This document shows, piece by piece, positions 35,491-44,022 of a DNA stretch of 64,000 bases. Both the position numbers and the translations under genes were made by a program. The notes beneath the pieces are model-generated. The model was not told the origin of the DNA. It saw only the letters and a list, made by a program, of their open reading frames with translations, and did no database searches. Positions within the stretch are counted from its first letter, which is position 1. Each line of letters opens with the position of its first letter. The stretch comes from an uncultured bacterium (GTDB taxonomy: Bacteria; Desulfobacterota_D; UBA1144; Nemesobacterales; UBA2774), in assembly GCA_963825135.1 (NCBI GenBank), contig CAWGRW010000009.1:2506443-2570442 (forward strand). The letters are read 5' to 3'.

Positions 35491-37091
35491 CCACCTCGTA
35501 CAGGTACAGGAAGTGGGACGGAAGTCAGTCCGGGTTCGACCCGGGGGTAGAGGACTTCTTCGGCGAATTCTCCGATTACCTGATGGAAGGGTGGACCCCT
35601 GACGAGGCATACGAATGGATACTCAAGCAGGGGATTAAGGGGCTCAGCGTGAGGGTGATGGGCATAGACGACCTCCGCTCCGAGCTCGCGGCCTGGAGAC
35701 AGAGGGCCTACGATAAATACAATTCCAGGACAGCGCTCGCCGGGATAAAGAACGAGCTTTCGGACATCGTCAACCGGGAGCTCGAACACATCATGCGCTC
35801 GCTCTCCCCGGATTCGGCGGACCTGAAAACGAGGGAAGCCTTGCTGAGAGGCCTCGACGGCAAGCCGGGCGCGGCGATAGAAAGCCTGAGGGACTATGAG
35901 TTCCTCGACGAGGAAGCCGCTCAAAGGTTCCGCGCGCTTCTCGACAGGCTCGAGGACATAAAGAAGGCCGAGAGGTTCATCAAGCGTTTCGGTGAAAGGT
36001 TCACGGGCGAGACCCCGATTGAGCTCGAGGGCCTCCTGGAATTGATAGAGAGGCTCGAGGAGCTCGAGCGGATGGAGAAGAGCCTGGTCTCGGGGAGCTT
36101 CCATGAAATAGACCCGGAGGGGATCGGCGGGGCGCTCAGCCCGGAGGGTTATAATTCTCTCCGCCTGTTAAAGAGCTTTAAGGCCGCGCTCGAGAACTCG
36201 GGCCTGATAAGGACGAGGGGGGAGCGCACGGAGCTCACCCCGAGGGGCATAAGGAAGCTCGGCGAGACGGCCGTCGCCGACATATTCTCGTCGCTCAAGC
36301 GGAACAGGGTCGCCGACCACGAGACGGAGTGGAGGGGGTCGGGATCGGCGAAGCCCGAGGAATCGAAGGAGTACGAGTTCGGGGACCCGTTTAACCTCGA
36401 CATCGTAAGCACGCTCAAAAAGTCGCTCCTCAGGGAGCCGGGAGGCGGGAGGGTAAGGGTCGATCCGGGGGATTTCGAGGTATACGAGACGGAATACCAT
36501 ACGCACGCGACGACGGCGCTCCTGCTCGACCTCTCCTGGTCGATGAGTTTTCAGGGGAGGTTCCCGGCGGCGAAAAGGGTCGCGCTCGCTCTCGACCACC
36601 TGATAAGGACCAATTACCCGAAGGACGATTTCCACATCATAGGGTTTTCGACCGGGGCGAGGAAGCTCACGACGAAGGAGCTTGCCGTGACGACGTGGGA
36701 CTCGAACGACCCGTTCACGAACATACAGGAGGCCCTATCCGTCGCGGCAAAGACGATCTCCAGGTCGAGGAACACGAATAAGCAGATAATCCTCATCACG
36801 GACGGCCAGCCCACGGCCTATTATCTCGACGGCTATCTGCAGGTAGAGCTCCCGATGTTCTTCGGCGGGCTCTCCCCGAGGGCCACTCTGGAGACGCTTA
36901 AGGAAGTGAAGCGCGTAACCTCCATGGGCATACGCATAAATACCTTCATGCTCGACGACAGCCCTTCTCTGAGACGCTTCGTCGACGAGATGACCCGCAT
37001 CAACAAGGGACGCGCCTTCTTTACCACGCCCGAGCACCTGGGGAAGTACCTCTTCGTCGATTATCTCAGGAGAAAGAGGAAGGTGCTGTGA
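35487..37091 (+). CDS. VWA domain protein (Rv0959-like), probable partner of the AAA+ ATPase
   Basis: MIDAS motif DLSWS, TNIQEAL and ITDGQPT; ATGA overlap with the ATPase. Confidence 0.85.
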   Translation: MTTSYRYRKWDGSQSGFDPGVEDFFGEFSDYLMEGWTPDEAYEWILKQGIKGLSVRVMGIDDLRSELAAWRQRAYDKYNSRTALAGIKNELSDIVNRELEHIMRSLSPDSADLKTREALLRGLDGKPGAAIESLRDYEFLDEEAAQRFRALLDRLEDIKKAERFIKRFGERFTGETPIELEGLLELIERLEELERMEKSLVSGSFHEIDPEGIGGALSPEGYNSLRLLKSFKAALENSGLIRTRGERTELTPRGIRKLGETAVADIFSSLKRNRVADHETEWRGSGSAKPEESKEYEFGDPFNLDIVSTLKKSLLREPGGGRVRVDPGDFEVYETEYHTHATTALLLDLSWSMSFQGRFPAAKRVALALDHLIRTNYPKDDFHIIGFSTGARKLTTKELAVTTWDSNDPFTNIQEALSVAAKTISRSRNTNKQIILITDGQPTAYYLDGYLQVELPMFFGGLSPRATLETLKEVKRVTSMGIRINTFMLDDSPSLRRFVDEMTRINKGRAFFTTPEHLGKYLFVDYLRRKRKVL

Positions 37092-37227
37092 CACACGAAG
37101 TGTGCTCTTTCGAATAGACAAGACTAAGGAAGGACAAGACAAAGGCTTTTTTTTATCTTTCTTTTCCTTGATGAACACACGTAGTGTGCTCTTTCGAAAA
37201 GACAAAGAAAAACAAAGGCAATATTAT

Positions 37228-37473
37228 TTCTTCTTTGTCTGGATACAAAGAAGCAAAAATCATCCGACTACAGAATTGTGCTAAAAATCTCATGTACTCG
37301 CTAAATCTTCCGATTCTACCCCATCGGAGCAATAGTTTAGCGATGTCCGTGGCTAACTAACGTCGTGCGGATAGGAGAGGGTGTCCGAATGCGCGCTCGC
37401 TTGCATTCGTTCCCGTGGAAGATTTTTAACGCTCGTACAATCGATTTTCTTAACGCAAATTCTCTAATGTCGG
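37228..37473. repeat. Long imperfect hairpin repeat, copy 1 (carries an 87-nt insert)
   Basis: Near-identical to 41119-41277; arms CCGAC..AGAATT..AAAATC..TGTAC..AAATCTTCC and GGAAGATTT..GTACA..GATTTT..AATTCT..GTCGG. Confidence 0.85.
37325..37411 (-). mobile_element. 87-nt structured insert (AAC...CCG type)
   Basis: Present in the loop of repeat copy 1 and absent from copy 2 at about 41215. Confidence 0.65.
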
Positions 37474-37498
37474 GGAGAGAAAAAGAAATATAAGGTAC

Positions 37499-37536
37499 AC
37501 CCTCACCCTATCCCTCTCCCCTCAAGGGAGAGGGAA
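37499..37536. repeat. Short palindromic repeat (CCCTCTCCC/GGGAGAGGG type)
   Basis: ACCCTCACCCTA-TCCCTCTCCC-CTCAA-GGGAGAGGGA. Confidence 0.7.
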
Positions 37537-37621
37537 TTAAAGAAAGGGTGAACGGTTTGGCTACGTCGCCGGTTTGAGCTTAGGGGGCCGGGAAGGGATC
37601 GTAGAACACACTATGTGTGCG

Positions 37622-38539
37622 TCAGTCGCACTTATAGGGCTTTGAGAGCGTGAAGACCTTGTCGAGGCCGGGGGTGTAGAAATAGCGCTCGTGGTTACGC
37701 GATCTTATAAGCACCTTGTCCGTGCCGCAGGCGAACGTGAGCACCCTCGATTCGGGCTCCTTCATGCCTCCGAGGTCGGGACGTATGGAGGATATCTCGA
37801 CGAAGACCGTGCCGTTCAGGTCTTTCTGCTTGACTATGGTGTCTATCATCTCCTGGGGTATGTGGAGGTGTCCCGAGAGCCATAGATCGACCTTGTATTT
37901 CCTGAGCACCTCTCTGAACCTCTTGGAGTCCGTTATCTGTCTCGCGGCTATGGACGAGAACATTATGCCGCTCCCCTGAAGGGGCGCGTGCGTAGTAACG
38001 ACAATTATCTTGTCCTGGTTGTCGATCACCAGATTTTTCCACCACTCGAAGGTCTCGTCCGTTATGACGGTCGCCTTGCCCGTGTCTTCGTTCGACATGA
38101 AGATGAAGAGGATGTTCCCCTTCTCGACCGTATAGTTGACGTCCCCTCCCCCCCTTAATTTTTTCCTGAATATATTCCCCTTGTCGGTTTTGTAATCGTG
38201 GTTCCCGATTATCTCGTGCCATTCCTTGATGTATGACCCGTCTCTCGTCCTGATGTACAGGTCGTAGCTCTCCGCGGTCGGGAAATTCACGACGTCGCCC
38301 GCGTTGATGGCCATATCGACGTCCGTGACGTTGTCGTTCATGTCCTCGACCGCGTTCCTGAAGGGTTTTATGTGCGCCTCGTCCGTGATATGGGTATCGG
38401 ATAGAGCCCAAACGGTGAGTGTTTCTTCCGGGACGTACCAGTTCTCGGCCGTGAGCTCCTTGCCCGAGGAATAACCGGTCTGGCACGACGTCAGCGTGAG
38501 GAATACGAGGATTAATAAAAGCGGGGCGCGTATTTTCAT
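37622..38539 (-). CDS. Calcineurin-like metallophosphoesterase lipoprotein
   Basis: Start MKIRAPLL with lipobox LTSC; SDTH, AGD, GNHD and SGHLH motifs. Confidence 0.85.
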   Translation of the reverse strand: MKIRAPLLLILVFLTLTSCQTGYSSGKELTAENWYVPEETLTVWALSDTHITDEAHIKPFRNAVEDMNDNVTDVDMAINAGDVVNFPTAESYDLYIRTRDGSYIKEWHEIIGNHDYKTDKGNIFRKKLRGGGDVNYTVEKGNILFIFMSNEDTGKATVITDETFEWWKNLVIDNQDKIIVVTTHAPLQGSGIMFSSIAARQITDSKRFREVLRKYKVDLWLSGHLHIPQEMIDTIVKQKDLNGTVFVEISSIRPDLGGMKEPESRVLTFACGTDKVLIRSRNHERYFYTPGLDKVFTLSKPYKCD

Positions 38540-38559
38540 TCTCGATAGATAATACGGGA

Positions 38560-39858
38560 TCAGGCGATGTCCCGGATCGGGGCGCCGAGCGCTTCTTCGC
38601 CCGAAACCCCTGTGATCGTGACCGTTATTTCGTCGCCCTGCGCGTGCGCTCCGCCCGTAATCCGCACCGGTATGTAGTTGGGCGTTGTACCCTTCCCCCC
38701 GGCCTCGACGAGTATCGGGAGGCTCCGTCCGATAAAGCCCCTGTGGAATTCGGCCTTCTTTCTCGTGCCGAGCTCCCGCAGGAGCGCCGCGCGACGCTTG
38801 ATAGTGTCCGGGTGCACCTGCCCGGGCATGGAGGCGGCGGGGGTGGCCCTCCGCTTCGAATAAGGGAATACGTGGAAGTACGTGAGCGCCGAGTTCCCGG
38901 CCGTCTCGTATGTGTTCCCGAACTCCTCCTCCGTCTCTCCGGGGAAGCCCACCATTATGTCCGAGCCTATGGCCGCGTCGGGAATGCTCTCGCGTATGAG
39001 GCTCGTGAGCTTTACGAACCTCTCCGGGGCGTATCGCCTCCTCATTCTCTTGAGCACGCCGGCGTCTCCGCTCTGAAGGGCGACGTGGAACTGCGGGCAT
39101 ATGGTCTCTGCGCCGGCGATAAAGCCTATGAGATCCTCGTCTATGTCGGCCGGGTCGAGCGATGTGAGGCGCACGCGTTTTACTATCCTCTCCCGCTCGA
39201 TGCTCTTTAAGAGCTCGGGGAAGCTCGTGCCGATGTCCCTGCCGTAGCTCGCGATATGCACCCCCGTGAGCACTATCTCTTTATATCCGGCAAGGGCCAG
39301 CTTCTCCATGCGCTCGAGTATGTCGGCTGCGGGGAGGCTCCTCGACCTTCCCCTGGCGCGCGGTATGATGCAGAACGTGCAGGCGTAATTGCACCCGTCC
39401 TGGACCTTTAAAAACGCGCGCGTCCTTCCTGGGAAGTACTCAATGCCGGGCGTCTCGAAGACCTTTTTCTTCTCGCTGAATATGTCCGAGATGAAGAGCC
39501 TGGGCTCGCTCTGCAGGGTTCCTTCCCTGATTATTTTAAGCAGTTCGGAGAACTTGTGCGAGTTGCCGATGACGTAATCGACGTCCCCGATCTGCCTGAG
39601 CTCTTCGGGCGAGACCTGGGCGTAGCAGCCCGTGACGATGACGACGCCCTCGGGGTTAGCGCGCCTGGCCCTGTGTATGTAGTGGCGGGCCTCGGCGTCC
39701 GCCTTGTGGGTCACCGTGCAGGTGTCTATGACGTACACGTCGGCCTTCTCGGGGAAAGGGACCCGGACGTACCTGCTTTTGGGCAGGCGGTTCAGTATGG
39801 CGGCCGTATCGTACTGGTTTACCTTGCACCCGAGGGTCACGACTGAAACGCTCTTCAT
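38560..39858 (-). CDS. mtaB: tRNA t6A37 methylthiotransferase MtaB
   Basis: TLGCKVNQYD, TCTVT, RAFLKVQDGCNYACTFC and HVFPYSKR. Confidence 0.92.
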   Translation of the reverse strand: MKSVSVVTLGCKVNQYDTAAILNRLPKSRYVRVPFPEKADVYVIDTCTVTHKADAEARHYIHRARRANPEGVVIVTGCYAQVSPEELRQIGDVDYVIGNSHKFSELLKIIREGTLQSEPRLFISDIFSEKKKVFETPGIEYFPGRTRAFLKVQDGCNYACTFCIIPRARGRSRSLPAADILERMEKLALAGYKEIVLTGVHIASYGRDIGTSFPELLKSIERERIVKRVRLTSLDPADIDEDLIGFIAGAETICPQFHVALQSGDAGVLKRMRRRYAPERFVKLTSLIRESIPDAAIGSDIMVGFPGETEEEFGNTYETAGNSALTYFHVFPYSKRRATPAASMPGQVHPDTIKRRAALLRELGTRKKAEFHRGFIGRSLPILVEAGGKGTTPNYIPVRITGGAHAQGDEITVTITGVSGEEALGAPIRDIA

Positions 39859-40946
39859 TGCGGGAGCACCTCTTTTATCCACCCCCCGCCGAGCACCGTG
39901 TCGCCGCTATAGAACACGACCGCCTGGCCGGGCGTGATCGCCCTCTGGGGGCTCCCGAATTCGAGGGTGCCCTCCGTGCGGCTCCACAACTTCAACTCCG
40001 CGTCGCTCTCGGGGTGCCTGTATCTGACCTTGGCCTTAACTTTAACTGTGCTATTTATCATATCGTCAATATTAGTGTTATCGACCCACGTAATGTCCTC
40101 CGCCACGAGCCGCGTCCTGTATAGCTCTCCCTCCCCTCCGACGAATACGCGGTTGGACGAGGGCTCTATGCGGGTCACGTACATGGGCTTTCCGGCGGCT
40201 ATGCCCAGGCCCCGCCTCTGCCCCACGGTGAAGGAGAAGACGCCCCTGTGAGCGCCGAGCACGTCGCCCGCCGAGCTTACTATCTCGCCGTTTGAAGGCG
40301 TGAACGCGGAGCGGGCCTCCAGGTAATCCCTGTAATTCCCGCCGGGTACGAAGCACACCCCGGTGCTGTCGGGCTTCTCCGCCTGTCTTAAGCCGAAGCC
40401 CTTCGCTATCTCCCTGACCTCGTCCTTCGTCATGTCTCCGAGCGGGAACATCAGGCGGCCGAGCTCCTTCTGAGTGAGAGTGTGGAGGAAATAGGTCTGG
40501 TCCTTGGACGCGTCTTCCGCCTTCCTGAGCGCGAGCCGTCCGTGCACGGGGTCCCGCTCTATCCTCGCGTAGTGTCCGGTCGCAAGGTAATCCGCCCCGA
40601 GCTCGAGGGCCTTTTGCAGGAGCAGGTCGAATTTGATGTGCTTGTTGCAGAGCACGCACGGTATCGGGGTCTTCCCCGACATGTACTTGTCCACGTAGTC
40701 GGTCAGGACGTATTTGCTGAACTCCCCGGTGAAATTTACGACGTAGTGGGGAAAGCCGAGCTCCGCGGCCGCCCTCCTCGCGTCAACTACCTGGTCGAGA
40801 GAACAGCACCCCCCTTCGGCGTCCCCGTAATCGAGGAGCTGCATCGTAATGCCTATAACCTCGCATCCTTCCTTCTTCAGCAGGGCCGCCACGGTCGTGC
40901 TGTCTACGCCTCCGCTCATGGCCACTACTACGCGCTTTCCGTTCAT
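39855..40946 (-). CDS. mnmA: tRNA 2-thiouridylase MnmA
   Basis: SGGVDS, PCVLCN, ATGHYA, KDQTYFL and AITPGQ. Confidence 0.96.
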   Translation of the reverse strand: MNGKRVVVAMSGGVDSTTVAALLKKEGCEVIGITMQLLDYGDAEGGCCSLDQVVDARRAAAELGFPHYVVNFTGEFSKYVLTDYVDKYMSGKTPIPCVLCNKHIKFDLLLQKALELGADYLATGHYARIERDPVHGRLALRKAEDASKDQTYFLHTLTQKELGRLMFPLGDMTKDEVREIAKGFGLRQAEKPDSTGVCFVPGGNYRDYLEARSAFTPSNGEIVSSAGDVLGAHRGVFSFTVGQRRGLGIAAGKPMYVTRIEPSSNRVFVGGEGELYRTRLVAEDITWVDNTNIDDMINSTVKVKAKVRYRHPESDAELKLWSRTEGTLEFGSPQRAITPGQAVVFYSGDTVLGGGWIKEVLPQ

Positions 40947-41018
40947 AATCAAGGTAGAAAGATTACACTAGCCGTTAAAATGAGACAAATCGGGGCGGGG
41001 CGGACGATAGGCGGCCAA

Positions 41019-41400
41019 AACCGTTTGTCCTGAGTCTGTCGAAGGATTGAACGGGTTTGGCTGTGCCGCCGGTTTAGCCTGAGGAGTTTGGGAGTGTCGT
41101 AGAGGCACACACAGTGTTTTCTTCTTTTCCTTGATGAAAAGAAGCAAAAATCATCCGACTACAGAATTGTGCTAAAAATCTCATGTACTCGCTAAATCTT
41201 CCAATTCAACCCCACCCCGTGGAAGATTCTTAACGCTCGTACAATCGATTTTCTTAACGCAAATTCCGTAATGTCGGTAGCGTGCTTCGACTAGCTCAGC
41301 ACGAACGGGTTGGGCTACGTTGCCGGTTTGAGCGTGAGAGTTTCGGAAGGATTATAAAACACACATTGTGTGTGCCCGCCGCAAATTTTGTAATGTCGGG
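41019..41400. repeat. Cluster of nested palindromic repeats
   Basis: CTGAG..GTCGAAG-type repeats at 41019-41056 and 41282-41309; CACAC-element right arms at 41050-41117 and 41304-41375; long hairpin copy 2 at 41119-41277 plus a fragment at 41380-41400. Confidence 0.8.
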
Positions 41401-41477
41401 AAAAGAGAAAGGCAAAAGATGGATTTCACGTTTTGGATTGTGCAGATTGTGCGCGGCTAACCCGGTGAAGCGGCGCT

Positions 41478-42713
41478 TTAGACTACGCCTTCTTCGACTC
41501 CGACGATGGAGTAATAGGGTTCGTTCCCGAGCTTGAGCTCCCGGGCGTCCACGTATTCCTTCACGATACCGTAGACGTCTGCCGACACTATGACCCTCCA
41601 GACGGGGGCTATGGTGCTGATTTTTCTGGCCATGTCCGTGATCTGCTTTACGCCGTGCGGCATGCCGGAGTCTTCGTACACGGGGATGGACTTCATGCCT
41701 ATTCCGATCTTCCCGCTTATGGGGGCCTTGCCCTCTATCTTTCTTTCCTTCGTAATGCTCGCAAGGAGCTGGAGCACCTCGACGGCCGAGCATACGGCCT
41801 TTAGTTCGGGATTCACCTGCTCGTCAGGGGCGTTGAAAAACGCCACGATCTCGTCCTTCAGGAGCGCCTCGATCACCCCTCCGTAGTTGGATATTATCGC
41901 CGACGCGGCTTTCCGGTAATCGGCCAGGAACGAGTTGAACTCGGACGGCTTGAGCGTGTTGGAAAGCTCCTGGAAGTCGGCTATCTTGGCGACGATGACG
42001 GTCACGTTACGGGGCCTGGACGTTGTCTCTTCCTCCTCCTCGTCCTCGTCGGAGGCAATGAGAGTCGGCTGGAACGGGGGTATCTCCTCCTCCATGTCCT
42101 CCCTCTTCCTCATTCTATCGACCATCTGGTTAAACGTCTCGTAGGCCCTGATTGTGGAAACGTCGTCGGAAGCTTCCGGGTCGAGCCTTGCGCCCGTGAG
42201 GTCCCCGCGGGAGACGCTCTTCATGGCGGATATCAGCTTTTCTATCGCGTCGTTACGGCCCGAGGAGAAGAGCGACAGTATGAATATGACTATCACGGAG
42301 ACCGCGACGCCTATGAGGACGCTCCACATGAGGGAGGAAAGGACGAGGCTCTTGAAGTCCCTCCCGGTGACCCCGAGCACAATCGTGTTGTTCTCGGGCG
42401 TGGTAATTGGGACGATCTCGAGATTCTCCGTGTCATCCCCTCCGAAGCTCTCGAGCATAACGCCGTCCGGGTTGAGGAGCTTTATATAAACTATGTCGTG
42501 TCTGGAGTTCAGTATCTCTTTAGAAGTGTCTGCGAAGGTCTTGCCCGGGGCGTTGAAGAGCTGGGCCAGCTCCTGGCCCCTTTGTTCCGTAATCGTGGTC
42601 GTGAAATAGTAGGAGTTAAATAGAGAGACGAGGACGGAGACGAGGATGAATATCAGGGCGAGAACAAGACTGTTTCCCGAATATATGTTCCCTAACCTGG
42701 ACTTGAATCCCAT
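41478..42713 (-). CDS. Two-TM HAMP protein with degenerate class III nucleotidyl cyclase domain
   Basis: TM-periplasmic-TM layout, HAMP (VSRGDL...FNQMVDRM), cyclase-like elements YGGVIE..DEIVAFFNAP and KIGIG. Confidence 0.7.
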   Translation of the reverse strand: MGFKSRLGNIYSGNSLVLALIFILVSVLVSLFNSYYFTTTITEQRGQELAQLFNAPGKTFADTSKEILNSRHDIVYIKLLNPDGVMLESFGGDDTENLEIVPITTPENNTIVLGVTGRDFKSLVLSSLMWSVLIGVAVSVIVIFILSLFSSGRNDAIEKLISAMKSVSRGDLTGARLDPEASDDVSTIRAYETFNQMVDRMRKREDMEEEIPPFQPTLIASDEDEEEEETTSRPRNVTVIVAKIADFQELSNTLKPSEFNSFLADYRKAASAIISNYGGVIEALLKDEIVAFFNAPDEQVNPELKAVCSAVEVLQLLASITKERKIEGKAPISGKIGIGMKSIPVYEDSGMPHGVKQITDMARKISTIAPVWRVIVSADVYGIVKEYVDARELKLGNEPYYSIVGVEEGVV

Positions 42714-43020
42714 GTATCTCGTTTCTCCGGCAGTTCGAACGCGCCGCGGTCAACAGCCGCCCGCGTTCATTTAAAGTGAAGACTTCGCATAGAAAAAGCT
42801 ACCTTATAATACTGAGTAAAATTTAACTAGTAAAGATTAATTTTAACAGAGTGTTAACAAAATCGCGGGCTCGTTCGGGGCCGCCCTGCGGAATGAATAA
42901 TTATCCGTGTTGATTGCTTATGGCTGAATGGCCGCCGTCCGGGCCGTCGTTTCCCGCCGGGAGCCGGGGGAGCCGCTCCGGGCTCCCGGCACGGCTGAAA
43001 TTCCGGATATTGGTCCCGGC

Positions 43021-43287
43021 CTAAGCCTGTGCCTGAACCGGCTGGATATTGATCTTTGTCTTGTTTTTCCTGAACGGCTGAAACTCCACCACGCCGTCCT
43101 TAAGCGCGAAGAGCGTGTGGTCGCGTCCCATGCCCACGTTGAGTCCCGGGTGGAACGTCGTGCCCCTCTGCCTCGCGAGGATGTTGCCGGCCTTTACGAC
43201 CTCCCCGCCGAATTTCTTGACCCCGAGCCTGCGGCCCCTGGAGTCCCTGCCGTTTCTGGTGCTGCCGCCGCCTTTTTTTGTTGCCAC
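43021..43287 (-). CDS. rpmA: 50S ribosomal protein L27
   Basis: [13 protein letters not shown] and RQRGT. Confidence 0.97.
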   Translation of the reverse strand: MATKKGGGSTRNGRDSRGRRLGVKKFGGEVVKAGNILARQRGTTFHPGLNVGMGRDHTLFALKDGVVEFQPFRKNKTKINIQPVQAQA

Positions 43288-43306
43288 TTTGGGTTACCTC
43301 CCTGCC

Positions 43307-43618
43307 TTACTTTGAAATTTCCGTTATCTCGACCGAAGTGAACTTCTGGCGGTGCCCTGTCTTCTTCCTGAAGTCTTTCCTTCTCCTGAACTTGAAGATG
43401 ATGAGCTTCTCGCCCTTCTTCGTGCCGATTATCTTCGCCTTGACTACGGCGCTGTCTAAGACAGGCGAGCCTATGGCGGTCCCGCCCTCGTCCGCGACAA
43501 GCAGTACGTCCTTGAATTCGACGTCGTCGCCCGGGTTCCCCTTGAGGAGCTCCACGTCGATTACGTCGCCTTTGTTTACGATGTACTGTTTTCCGCCGGT
43601 TTTAATTACCGCCTGCAT
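43307..43618 (-). CDS. rplU: 50S ribosomal protein L21
   Basis: [12 protein letters not shown] and GHRQ. Confidence 0.97.
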   Translation of the reverse strand: MQAVIKTGGKQYIVNKGDVIDVELLKGNPGDDVEFKDVLLVADEGGTAIGSPVLDSAVVKAKIIGTKKGEKLIIFKFRRRKDFRKKTGHRQKFTSVEITEISK

Positions 43619-44022
43619 GATGTACTCCTCCCGCTTCTGTGAAAGGGTAAAATTATTCATATTTATGGCGTGTTGTCAAATATTTGAATATTAGGGAAGC
43701 GGAATTCCAATGAGCCTGACCTTCTTCAGGCGCGCGTGTTTTTTTACGCGCATTTTTTTACTGTGTATTCATTCATTGTGTATTACTTATATGTGTATTC
43801 CTTAGGGGGCAAAAATTGACCCCCGGGGGGTCATTATTTGAGGGGTGGGGCTTCATATTTTGAAGGGGTGGGTGACAATTCCTTCACCCTCCCTCTTACC
43901 GCATTTAGACAATGGGACCAATGGGACATACGAGCGGGGAATATACCCTGATGATGTGTCCCGTCTGTCCCGCGACTGCCGGAGCGATTCTCCGGCTTTT
44001 CCGGCATACGCTATCGCATGAA

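Larger units (their letters stand above)
37092..37620. mobile_element. Composite non-autonomous element bounded by inverted CACAC-N3-GTGTG termini, filled with nested repeats
   Basis: Left terminus at 37092 (repeated at 37176) and inverted right terminus ending at 37620; same layout as 46482-46916. Confidence 0.55.

Noticed and set aside
37091-37206. CRISPR array from the 30-nt direct repeat
   Set aside because: Only two imperfect copies, explained as duplicated element ends; no cas genes.
37344-37373. H-type pseudoknot (TGTCCGT with GCGGATA), pistol-like
   Set aside because: Needs two G-U pairs on the strand opposite to the one favoured for the other inserts; pistol consensus is absent.
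38540-39100. N-terminal extension of the 492-aa phosphoesterase ORF
   Set aside because: It overlaps mtaB out of frame; the signal peptide starts at 38539.
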